Positions 13,275-24,947 of a DNA stretch of 64,000 bases are shown piece by piece. Made by a program: the position numbers and the translations under genes. The notes under the pieces are model-generated. The model worked only from the letters and a program-made list of their open reading frames with translations, searched no databases and was not told where the DNA came from. The stretch's first letter is position 1. Each line of letters begins with the position of its first letter. This DNA is from Phoronis australis (lineage: Eukaryota > Animalia > Phoronida), in contig NMRA01000002.1 of assembly GCA_002633005.1 (NCBI GenBank), forward strand, positions 2,592,802 to 2,656,801. The letters run 5' to 3'.

Positions 13275-14241
13275 CTGTAGGGAGATGGCATGGTGGATGC
13301 AAACACATTATGTGAATAAAGTCAGTAGTAATATAAAATTGATCATGGTATCACCATAAGCACGTTTAATGTCACAATGAGTTGCAATCCGTTTGCGTGT
13401 TTCAAGAGAAGTTACATAGTTGTCAGTATTATATCTTTATTTTTCTGGGGGATCCGTGATAATCTACATAGGTGTACTTACGAATTAAACAGATTTTATA
13501 CTTTCAAGATGTTGTTAGTGATGCTAAAGAGTGAATATCACTTCATTCAGTGCTGTTTCATTGCTCTGTCTACGATACAGTTTAGTTTAAATTCTATCTG
13601 AAGGCCGAACAGCACAGACATATGTCGGCTGCTTACATCCCCTGTTCATCACTAACTGCGGTTTTATGTCCTCGGATTCAAGGTTCAGACAACATTGGCG
13701 GTTTGATCCCATACCACAGTGCACGGAATACCTCGTCCGCTTATCGTCTGCAGTTACCGTGTATTTGACACGATGTCTTGAGACTGCGTAGTCGTAACGA
13801 AAGACCCATTGGAGCAAGTTGACACTTGAGAGCAGATTGTCAACAGCAAAATGTGCGAAGAGAAAGTTTCTAGTACCCAGGGTGCTGTGGTAGGTATCGT
13901 ACGTGATTAGACGTTGAATGAGCAACGTGTTGTTGACCATATCTAAAACCGAAACAAACCATGAGTTGACGACAGATCTTGACGAAAGTTGAGTCAGAAT
14001 ATTACAACTTGTGTTTCTGAAGAGATTTCAAAACTCGTGCTACTGGGTCTACAACAATCTTGTTCTTGCTATTGTAGTTAGTTGTTGATTTTGCTGTCGT
14101 GATTGAAGCTTCTATCATCAACGTCGTGTAAACAACTTGTTAGTAAAAAACGACCTTATGTGGTTTCCGTTTAACAGGAAAACATTCAACATGGTGCATT
14201 ATTTGTCCACGCCTTTCAAGACGTCAGTAATGCAACATATA

Positions 14242-14994
14242 CTAACCGTCAATTAAATCCAGCAATGCAAAATTTGTTACGGGCAATTTAGATGTAGGAA
14301 CACATTCGATTTCCTTTCTGTAGCAAGGATGGTCTTCCCAAGGCATCTCATTATTTGACGATCTCACATTTGCACGGTCACCACAATAATTGTTTTCTCC
14401 ATTATAAGCCTCATATGCAAGCGACAGCGCCATGAGTCGTCTTTTCATCAGATAAACTGTGTTCTCGTCGGATGCGTCTTCCTTAATCATCCTGCTGCGA
14501 TAAATGCGTTGATCAGAATTTGCTGTCGATAGACTTTCACGCGACAGACCGCAAGAAGTCCCTGGCGTTGCCAATGTCTCGGTTGGTCGTGCACTTTGAT
14601 TTTTCGAAGGCTTGCCTTTTCCGGAACCTTTGCTGCCACTTTTTTTTCCTTTACTGCCTCCGGACCCAGTCTTACCTCTCCCAGATCCCCTTTTACCCTT
14701 CCCAGATCCCTTTTTCCCCTTTCCCCCTTTCTTACTTCCTCCACCATTGCCTTTTCCGCCTTTTCCGCCTTTTCCTCCTTTATCCTTTGCATCCTCATTT
14801 GTGACGAGACTTCCCATGATGGGTTCCCAAGCGTAGTACTCGGCTCCTGAGAACATCTCGTCTGGTCCAAGAGGAACGTGCGGTGGGTCGGGCTGAGGAC
14901 CTATTCTCCACGTTTGGACGGGAGGAGGGCCCGATTCTGGAACGCTTCCACGATATGGGTTCACGGAAGCTGGCTTAGCCGTCGATTCATATCT
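14242..14994 (-). CDS. Short terminal exon, mini-cassette 3 (RYESTAKPAS...G/K tract...KNQSARP...*)
   Basis: ORF 14242..14964 extends to acceptor ttccctacag|AGA at 14994 (phase 0). Shares TWRxGxQP...DEM[FY]xxAE[YF]xxWxP with cassette 2. Confidence 0.8.
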   Translation of the reverse strand, partial: RYESTAKPASVNPYRGSVPESGPPPVQTWRIGPQPDPPHVPLGPDEMFSGAEYYAWEPIMGSLVTNEDAKDKGGKGGKGGKGNGGGSKKGGKGKKGSGKGKRGSGRGKTGSGGSKGKKSGSKGSGKGKPSKNQSARPTETLATPGTSCGLSRESLSTANSDQRIYRSRMIKEDASDENTVYLMKRRLMALSLAYEAYNGENNYCGDRANVRSSNNEMPWEDHPCYRKEIECVPTSKLPVTNFALLDLIDG

Positions 14995-16364
14995 CTGTAG
15001 GGAAAGGTAAAGCTGTTCATGCTATTGCTGAGAAGGTAGGAGTAAAAGTTTACTGTGAAAGATGAGGTACGCCTTCAGGATGCCCGGTTACCAAAATTAA
15101 TGTTTGTTGTTTGCTTTTGAAAAGCCACAAAAACAACTTTTGATCTACACTATTTATCTTCATGAAGTTGGTCGCAAATTGTTCCTTAGTTAATTGGGAG
15201 ACTTTCAAGCAGCAACGTGTTGACTGGTCATGTTTGAACGGATAGTACTGACCTCTAGAGGATGAGGAGAAGGCAAGTTAAGTTCGTTTTTGTTGAAAAC
15301 GCATCACGTCTAATTACATGAACATACACTGTGAATGACCTTTTCACAACCCCAGCATTGCGTGGCACACTGTGCTCCTTGACAATAACAGTGCCATGAA
15401 ATGGACTGCAACACGTGTAAAACCATCAAAAACATTCCCCTTTTTTTCTAGTTGCATTTCCTTCCTGCATAGCGCTTAATTATGCAATCTGACAACGTAC
15501 ATCTATCAAACCGGAATACACAATTTATTGGCATGATAGCATCGGTTTCAATTCAACAAGCCTGGACAATTTTATGACTTGCTGAGGCGGTGTGCCTTTT
15601 TGAGTTACAATCCATTTTTTGTAAGAGCACATTACATGAAAATGCAAAACTAATACTATTTATTTCTCACTTTGCGTTCCAGAAGTTAACAACGTTACAG
15701 TATTGTCACTTAATGAAAATGAACAAAAGGCACACTGCATTATTGCGTGCGATGAAGTTCCATATACAACACCCAGCTTCACACAGCGTTTACGAGATGG
15801 GAGTTACCCTTGACTTTCATCAATTGTAATATTATATCTCATGTCGCAGTTAATGCAAAATTGTTCAACAGTGTCCGTTGCAATTCTGAGATTATTCATT
15901 GAATTCTTAATGGTACAGTCGTCGAGTTGTAGGATCCAACAGTTTTCATGGCACATAGCATCTTGAACCATGTGACTATTCTTGATGATATCTACAAATG
16001 AAAATGAATGCTATGTCATTGATGTATTACTTCGTCAGAAACTCAATCACGTAATATGCACCTCTATTACTATAACAACCACGGAATAACCAAAATATTT
16101 AACTCTGTCAATAAAGAATGGTCGTTCAAGATTGAAGTTCAGATTGTTGTGCTCAACTAAGTATTCTGAACCAACACGTACAATGCAATGATCATAACGT
16201 GTGCGTGTACAATGGCTTGATATAAAATGACTGAAACATGAATGACTACTCACCATGAATCACTCCACGACTTGCGAATGGAGCAACATAAGATTCCTGT
16301 GACCATTTCTCCTTATCACCCAGCATTCCAGTTTGAAAAAAGTTTCTCGCTTTCTGGTATGTGA

Positions 16365-16967
16365 TTATTCTGAGATACGTGAGATTCCGCATCGCTGGTT
16401 TCTGGCCTTTTTTGTTTCCGCTACCTCTCCCACCAGATCCCTTCCCTTTTTTTCCTGAACCTTTTCCACCGGAACCTTTTCCCTTTTTTCCTCCTTTAGT
16501 CCCCTTCTTTTCCTTTCCCGTTTCTTTGCTCGAGCTAAGGGATGCCGAGTAGTCTGACTTTGGCCGCTCTCTCGTTCGTCACCAGCATTAACAACACTGC
16601 TCCCAATGATCGGATCCCAGTCAAAAAACACGTCTCCGCGGACAATTTTCTTTGTACCGAAATATATAGGCATAGGTGTTGAATGTATGTAGATCACAGA
16701 TGAATATGGCTCATTCAAGTACTCCCAAGGCGCTAATCTTTGACTTGCTTTGTTCACGATGCATTGGTGAGAAGGTTGGGGTCGAAGACTTTCTCCGGTT
16801 CGTGCTCTCGAGTAATGAGGAATATTCAACTCATAATTGCTCTTAGGGAAGGGGCGAGGTGCCGACATTTTTCTCAGATGACTGGAATTTCTGTTGGGAG
16901 AGGTATAATACTTTACAGGCTGGCATTTCAGCTCGTCTTGGTATCTACACGTTGGCTTTGTGCTGAA
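16365..16967 (-). pseudogene. Mini-cassette 4: diverged copy whose Gly/Lys tract lies out of frame (frameshifted gene or pseudogene)
   Basis: ORF frame keeps FDWDPIIGS (cf. YAWEPIMGS) and KKARNQ, but KGGKKGKGSGGKGSGKKGKGSGGRGSG is encoded in an alternative frame. Possible phase-0 acceptor catcttag|TTC at 16967. Confidence 0.55.
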
Positions 16968-18251
16968 CTAAGATGAACGCACAGTCACCTGTTTCTGCAC
17001 TAAACCGACCATGGTGCGTTTGCCGACGGCCTTATATCCAGTGCAGCGTACAATGAAGAAGATGAAAACTCTATCTCCGATTCAAATATTTTTTTGCGTT
17101 TATAGACAGCGGTGAGTATTAAAACTGTGGATGAAGATTTTACAAAGGATTGTAACTCAAGATGACATTTCTCACACGTATGGTTGTTATGAACACTCGC
17201 TTGTAAGCAGGCTTTGCGGTAATTTTTGACGGCACTGTTCAAACAAGTAAATTCAAATGAAGAGATGTAAAACCAGATCCCGATGCTAACAGCAGGGGAC
17301 TGTTTCGTGAAAGTGACCTGAGAGCAATAAGGTTTAGATACATAATGGTGAGCGTGTCATAGTCTAGATATAATTGATGGACGTTATATTTATCTCAGTA
17401 ACTAGCTGTTATCAAAGACTTTGCTCTCATGCTTAAAGAAGGTTTAATCACTTTTTAGGAAATAAAAGTGTGGCCAAGCGTCTGGCTTAAAGCTAATACC
17501 ACTTTTCATGGAACAAATCCCAGTTGATTTGCAATCCAGTTTTACAAAAGGTCAATCATAACTCGTTTTCAAGTAGTGTTACCTTCTAGGATAGTTCATG
17601 GTATTTTCGTCATGATACAAGTAACGTAGCGTTGGAAAATGTGTTCATAGTGAAACAGTCATCAGATTTTGTATCAAAATGGATTGCATCTCAAACCGTA
17701 TACACAATAATACGACGACACAAGAGCCCTGCGTCCCTGTGTCCCAAACGTTTTAAGTAACGCAGGGATTCTCAATGTCGAACGTATTTATTATCTTAAA
17801 ATGGGCCACACGCAAAAGGTTTCAAAGGGATACCAGGAATGCATACAAGCAAAGGAGAATTACAGAACCAATCAACTACGGCCAACCAAGGAGCGCGTCC
17901 AATATTTTAAAGGTTTGAGGTACAATCCATTCGGATTGGTCTTCACAGCGCAGATTTCTCCTTTATACGATATCAGCACATGATGTATATAGAATGATCA
18001 AACGTTCCGTCTTATTTGTTGGTTCGATGACAATACGAGTTGACCAGCATATGAATAGTTCCAATAGAACAAAACTATGAAATAAACATTGATTAAAAGA
18101 ATCAATGTAAATCTATTCTCATTGATAGCTGTTTAGATGAGAACCAATTACATTCAAGTAAAATGAACGGAGGTCTAACCCATCTGGGCGTCGTTGATTT
18201 TCGGAAGAGCTGTTCCCGGCTATTGCTTAAAAGTATAAAAATCTGTCAGGT

Positions 18252-19549
18252 TCACAAGTTTTTGCATTGCTTCAGCTCAATGACAGTCCTGTTAAAAAGT
18301 TCAGTAACTACTCGCGATAATATTTGGTACACCTCTCTTTCATTGGCGGCGCCCTCGGTCACTTTGTCAACCAAATCAGGCGACATTCTGCTCATAAGTT
18401 TTTGGGTTGACTTCTTCAATAGATCTATTGAAGGGCCACACGAGACACATTTACAACGTCCTCTTCTGGCGCAGCCACAGATGGACGATCCATTCCTATC
18501 CACTAGCTCATCAGTAGCTCGTTGGCGCATCGATGCTATCAGACCATACGCAAAACGTAACTTGCTCTTCGTGGTTAGTCTGGCCTCCAGTGGCGGGGCC
18601 ACTGTTTTCATTGACTGTTCTTCTGGTAACACTGGCCTCTCGTAAGGTATACAGTAACGTTCTACACAGGAATGACAACTAAGTGGCAGAGTAGTGAACT
18701 CTGACAACTTGCGATAATTGCATAAGTAGTCTTCACTACCACTAGCACTCTCAAATTCTTGTTTTCGAAAATGGTGGACAAACCGAGCAAGCGGCGAGAT
18801 ACCGTGAGCATAGAATCGATCATGCTCTGATTGCTGATTCACTGGCAAGCAATTCATTTTCCTCACATGTGTCATGCTACATTGGTCTAAATAGTTTGTG
18901 TACTCAGAAAATTCAGATTTGCATAAGTTTTGATCGTGCGCTAGTATTGAATCCTTTCTTGTCTTTATGTCTTTTGTTAAATGCTTTAAATGTCTGAAGA
19001 TTCTAGTTTTCACCCGGTCTTTTAAAGCATTCAGAGACTTGTCATCGCGTGGTTTTGAACAAGTATTTCCTTCTTCTCCGCTGGCTGATTTGTAATTGCC
19101 TTTTGGACCCTTTGATTTTGAGTGAAGCTGTTCTGGAGAGCAATGTTCAATAGAACTGTTGATTCCAGAAATTTCCCAAGCGGGTCTTTGGTCAGGAATC
19201 TCGTAGTATCTTGACAGAATTTTCGGAGAGAGTTTGGACGTATCAGTATCTTCATTTTTATGAACATTTGGCGTATTACTAGCCACATTGTAAGACTGTG
19301 CGCACGGCATTCTTCTTTTCCTTGCCCGAACTTCAGCATCACGTTCAGTTAATGGCTGAGCGTGTTTTCCTGATTTCACAAAAGTAGTTCTCGCAAGTGG
19401 ATTCAATACAAAACGTCGAAGTGCTTCAGTATTCATTTGAAGGCGATCCAAACTTTCACGGATAAATATAGCGCTATCTGTCTTGCATTTTGTCGCAGGT
19501 GTTGTACTTGACAACAGACTTTGAACCTTACGCGAGTTTTCCACAATCC
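18252..19549 (-). CDS. Second (terminal) exon of cassette/gene 5
   Basis: ORF 18252..19595; acceptor aatttatag|GG (phase 1). Starts GIVENSRKVQSLL...LQMNTEALRRF, homologous to the exons at 24805 and 32908; ends with the shared Cys domain. Confidence 0.8.
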
Positions 19550-19697
19550 CTATAAATTTATAAAAAATCGGAGTTACTTGAATTGCTTGGTCCATAAGTT
19601 TTCACCACAACTTTTTTGAAGGCAACAATTCAAATTTGAATGAATCAATATATGCCATAATTTTATTAACAACATGTGTTATGATGTTGATACTGAC

Positions 19698-20931
19698 CTT
19701 TGATCAATTTTTCCAACGGGGAACTGGCGAAATAGTTCGGTGCTTGTCCTCTGACATTTTCCTTGGGGTGTTTTTGTCTACTATCTGTTATTTGTTCTCG
19801 CAACAGTTGCCGGTAGCCCTGGGCCGTAAGTGACGTCCTATTACCATATGGGTAAACAGTATAGCGTGCGCCCGAAGTGGCATTTGGTTTTTCCTGTAAA
19901 TGCTGCATTTCATAACGCAAATCACTTCCTTTTTGCTTCATGGTTTTGAAATGAGTCAAAAGGTCATTGAACACTGAAGTCATAGACCAGGAGTCACTAC
20001 TGCTGTAGGCACTTCCGTTTGCACACTGAAAACAGTGCCAAGCGTCGATCACTGCATTCGATCTATCTGGCTCTCCACTGGGCGAGGACCGAAAACGTTT
20101 GTTGTCACCATTGGTGTTATTCTTCAATGGTACCTCATCGTGCGTGTATGGGTACGAGTCGTTTGCAAAGACAGGCCCACTTGGACAGCTGAACAAACTG
20201 CCACACAATGAATGGCCAGCTTTACCAGTCCTGGCACTCTGGTTTCTTGATCGCGCCTTCTTGCCAGCCCTCTTACCAGACCCCTTGCCTTTGGCTCCAG
20301 ATTTTTTGCCTGATCCACCACCCCTACCTTTTCCTACTTTTCCACCTTTGCCACCTTTTCCACCTTTACCTCGTTTACCGCGTCCTCGGCCTTTACCAGT
20401 GGAAGACCCTGAGGCAGCTCCCGAGGCTACTTTTGAACTTGGTTTTGGCTTTGGATCACCAGGTCCACGAGATGCCAATATCGTTTTCGAGTGCAGTTCC
20501 TTGAGTTGCTCGCCATAGTAGTGTTTTTCAGAATACGAGCCCTGCATACCCATCGTCTCTCTGCCTGCCATCCCCGAGGCGAGAGTGGCCTGACCGAGGT
20601 ACGCCTCTGAGGTATAGTCGTCTACGATGGGAAATCTGTTGGAAATGCTGCTTCGAGGCCGCATGATGTCGACTTCTGTCCACGGCCGCTGGTAGTGGTG
20701 AAGCGCGCGTACCGCCCTGTTCACGGTCCTGTTCCAAATTTGTGGAGTTTCTTGTGGTTGTACGTCGTGCATTGGTTGGAATAACTTGTCGTCTGGCAAA
20801 GGATTCGTTTCAATATTTGGCCCATAATGGGTGTAGGAGGGCATTATTTGCTGATTGTTGGGTGGTGCGACCGAGTGATACAGGTGATCCTTCCCAAACT
20901 TAAAGTGCACATTGGAGCGTGACCGTCCAAC
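19698..20931 (-). CDS. First large exon of cassette/gene 5: PDDKLF, RSSISNRFP, Gly/Lys tract, RNQSART
   Basis: ORF 19666..20910; acceptor attaactcag|GTT (phase 0); donor AAAG|GTCAGT (phase 1); 148-nt intron to 19549. Confidence 0.85.
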
Positions 20932-21579
20932 CTGAGTTAATAAAGATAAAAAACGGTTGCCTTTTGCCGTAAAAAGCTGCGCGACAAGACCTTTGCATAA
21001 AATATCGGGTCAATGGTGATGATATATGAATGTTTCCTGAAAACCAAGACATAGCTTCACATATATGCTCTGCTCAAACCGTTAAAATATTGACGCATAC
21101 CTTAGCAGGGCGTAATATATTCTGCCTGATGGGAAATGCACAGAGTTGGTAGACAGGATAAGATCACCGGCACCGATGTTATCCTATTATATATCTGGCA
21201 TGTAGTGGACGTACCTTGCATTCTGGGATCCAACTCAGAGGAGATTCTGGCCGCTAATGTTACACAATTAGTAGAAGAGCATTGCATCAACAATGCGCAC
21301 GCATTCACCACACGTACTTCAAACGCACTCAAAACTTCACACACGAACATCGCAAACACATCGAAGAAGAATTCGTTTAACTTAACTTTTGGGTAATGCA
21401 TTTGGTGACCAAAAACAACAGATGCCAATGCTTTATTCTTTATTCGCATGTATATGCATCAGTTTTAACATGGTATACATCTATAACACAGTTTGTGTGA
21501 CGTAAAACCTCTTGGGACCAAACTGGCCGACTCTGTAGCAAATAGCACAGAAACGTCAGGCTTTAGGCACTGTTTCGTG

Positions 21580-21771
21580 TTACTTGCACTTCACACTTGC
21601 TCCACAAGCTAACTCAAGCGGACGGATGTTCTGGAACGCGTCATAGAATGTTCCGTATACTGTAGCGTTGTTGGTGCGTTGTCTTGGTTTCGTGTAAGCG
21701 CTCAAGCCTTCGACAGACGTCGCACGGTCCAGAATGAGTTGTCCAAGCTTTGTTTTATTCCCCTTGGCAGC
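21580..21771 (-). CDS. Terminal exon of cassette/gene 6 (AAKGNKTKLGQLILDRA...*)
   Basis: Acceptor ttatttcag|GCT (phase 0); 63 codons plus stop; AATAAA signals near 21433-21445. Confidence 0.75.
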   Translation of the reverse strand, partial: AAKGNKTKLGQLILDRATSVEGLSAYTKPRQRTNNATVYGTFYDAFQNIRPLELACGASVKCK

Positions 21772-21801
21772 CTGAAATAAGTTCCAATACGTTTGACTTT
21801 T

Positions 21802-21803
<2 letters not shown>

Positions 21804-21850
<47 letters not shown>
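21804..21850. repeat. (CA)n microsatellite in the last intron of cassette 6
   Basis: About 23 uninterrupted AC units. Confidence 0.95.
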
Positions 21851-21855
<5 letters not shown>

Positions 21856-21947
21856 GTATTATATTCTACAATGAAACACTGACCAAAACTAAATATTCAC
21901 ACAGACGTTTTCGATAGTGTCAAAACAATATATTGCCTAACACATAC

Positions 21948-24805
21948 CTCAAGGAGAACGTACTCGAGTATTCCTGAAACGGCTTTCTTGAGGTTTCCAT
22001 AAGACTCGGTCTTATCAGTACTTTTGGCCGACACCCTTTGCAGAAGGTCGTACGATATTTGTAACATGACTTTATGGCCTACTTCCTCCAGTAGCGCTAG
22101 CGCCTCTTGGTGCATGATTTCCCAGTCAGAAGCAATGTGGTCGCAAAGTGACGTTTTACCATTGAGCATGTCATCTCTTGTTTTGTTACATCGCCTGCAG
22201 CGTTTGAACGACGGTATCATGTCGTTCATGATTTCCTCAATTGCTGTTTCGCACAAAGCGATTACCAGCTCGTAGGCGAACGAAAACAGATTCTGTACGG
22301 GGACGTGGAATTTTTCATCCCCTGCCAAAGCTTGATCTCTTTCTCCTGTCTTTCTGCTGTCTCCCTCTTGCGATTTGTACTCCGGATTTAGTGACTTGGG
22401 TTGAGTTTTAGTTTTCGTGTTCGATGGTGGTGTTTTTCTTCCTTGCTTTGCTTCTTTGTGCGGGACGGTGTACTGTTGCTTGGGTGATGGTGATTTTTTA
22501 AAACGGCTTGGCTGCCCTGAACTAGTGGGACTGTTATAACTCTCCTTATTACCACGGCTAAGGTTAGGAGGAGATTCCTTTTCTTTCTGCTGTGGATTTC
22601 TACTGCGCATACATTGTGGGGGTTTGTTGGACATCGATTGCCAAAATTTTGGTCCGTCATACCGCGATGACTCATCAGGTCCCAGAGCTGGCCAGTCCGG
22701 ATTATGCGAAGAGATAACAGTTGGAGAACTACGATCGTAGATAAATTTGAAGCCATCTCGTGGGCCACAATTTGTGTATCTATTTTCCTGGTCATCATAG
22801 GAAACGTTTTTTCTACTAATGTTATTGCGGTCTTGTTTTAGACCGAGTCTTTCGTCATTGCTGATACGAGACCTAAAATTACCATACACGTTTATCTTTG
22901 GACGAGAATGATCGTGGAAGTAATTAGACTTAAGACGGGAATTTTCGTATGGTCTATCCGTAGGTTGTTGTTTATGAAACTGGTCGTTGTTGCGAAGCTG
23001 GCGTTCAGCAAATTGGCGATTCTGTTTCTCCACTGTGGGCTTGAGAGGCATCTTAGGCTTTGCAATTACTCCGTATGTAACAGAATTTTCGTCAAACGCT
23101 CTATTTTCTGACCGGAAACGTCTCTGAGTCACAAAGCGCGCCACGTCAGACAACTCACGTGTCAAGCTATCCGCAGAGCTCAGCAATTTTTTAAGTTTTC
23201 GACGGGTCTCGGGGTCATCTAGGGAGTCTAAGTCAAGCCTCTCTTTAAGTTTAGCCATATTTGCGCTACTCGTCATGTCCAGTAGCCCACTCGAGCTGGG
23301 GTTGCCATAGTGGTAGCGATCTCGTGGAGTTTTAGTTCTCCTTGGAATGTTATTGTAGATGTACGTGTCTGACCTGAAGTTCGGCGAAGAATTGTTTATA
23401 TCCATTATTTCGTTGTGCAAGCAGTCCAGCGAAGCTTTGGGTAAACTGTTTTTAGACACAAAGCAGTCGCTAGACAGACTTCTTTGCTGAATATTGCTGT
23501 ACGATGTGTTTCCGATACTGTACTTCCTAGACGGCGAGCTGTTATTTAGTTGACCGTCTTGCACATCTATATTTTTGGAACTTGATTCTCCTTTAATAAA
23601 GGACGCTGTATTGTCAAGTGCATTTTCATCACGCTGTTTAGTTGCTAATTCTATGTTTTCCATGGACCCTTCCCGACTAGAGTGTGGAATCGAACCTTGC
23701 TTTGAAATACCGGATTGTTCCCGGTCTGCAAAAGAATCCGTGGTTTCATTTATTTTCTGTGATTTGTCCTCAGATCGAGTGTTGAATTCAAGCTCATCCG
23801 CAAGATCGGCTGACAGTGTTAGATTTTTTCTCGCCGTGTCGGCACAGGCTGCTGAAGTTCGTGCTTTACTGCCCCGTTTAGAACAAGTACTAGTTCTGTT
23901 CGATGCCAGTATATCTTCGTTTCCTTTCGATTGCGTCGATTCTCTTCCCTTCGATTCTCGTTTCTTGCTAACCGAGGGCTGTTTATTGAATTGTTCGCTT
24001 CTTTGCTGGTCATCAAGGCTGAATTTCGTTCTGTTTCCACTTTTGAGATAGTCGTATCTGAAAGGACATTCTGTTGGTGCACACGGGAATGCACAGCGTG
24101 GTATCGACGTTCGTAGCCCATCCGCTCTCGCAGGAGGACAGATGAAATCGCAACAGTGGCCACGTAGGTTAGCCTTCATTTCAGCGCATTTCCGTGTACC
24201 GTAATTGAAAGTATAGTACGGATCGCATTCGGCTCTACACGAGTCAAGTCTGTTGTATTCGTAGGGTGGTCCAACAGGACTATGTGGAGAGTATGTAAAC
24301 TTTTTTAAATGCGGACTCCTGATTGCAAAAGAGTTAGCTGGAGGTTGTCGCACAGGTCGGAGAAAGCAAGAACTGTCTGCCAAAACGGGTCTTGTGTACG
24401 GAGAGCCTTCATCTAAAAATAACTCGTTAAAAATGTTGTCGTACCGCCTGTTCATAGGCATGGGTTGAAGGACTGTGCGCCTTCTATTTGCATACTGGAA
24501 ACCACAAGGTAGAGAATAAACATTTCTAGATGTGGAATCGAACCCTTTATCTTGGTCTCTCTGTAGGTGGAGTGTGCTGGGGCTTCCTTCTGTCGGTGAA
24601 GACCTCGCGCGACTATAGGCACATCTTGGCGGGGATGACGCCACGTATCGCCTATCTCTCAGGGGAAACCGCTGCAGCGTCTCTGCGTTTTGTTGAAGGT
24701 GGTTTACAGTATGGTTAATGAAGTCGACTTCTGAGTTGCGAAAATTGGCAACGCATTCACCGTTGTCCACGAGATCCTGAATTAATCGGGCGTTGTCTAA
24801 TATGT
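21948..24805 (-). CDS. Middle exon (~952 codons) of cassette/gene 6
   Basis: ORF 21897..24770; acceptor tatttttcag|AC (phase 1); donor GAG|GTATGT (phase 0). Begins DILDNARLIQDLVD and ends with the shared Cys domain. Confidence 0.85.
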
Positions 24806-24947
24806 CTGAAAAATACGTAGCTTATCAAACCCATCAAGGCGGTCTAAGTTAGTTCATATATTAAAGTACCGTAAATTGGTCTGCATTGCTAGCTAAAAGC
24901 GGAAAATTATATAGTTTAAAATTGCAAGGAAAATAGTTATTGTTCAC

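Noticed and set aside
21774-21849. ORF start MCVCVCVC...
   Set aside because: Translation of the intronic (CA)n microsatellite; the real exon begins at 21771.
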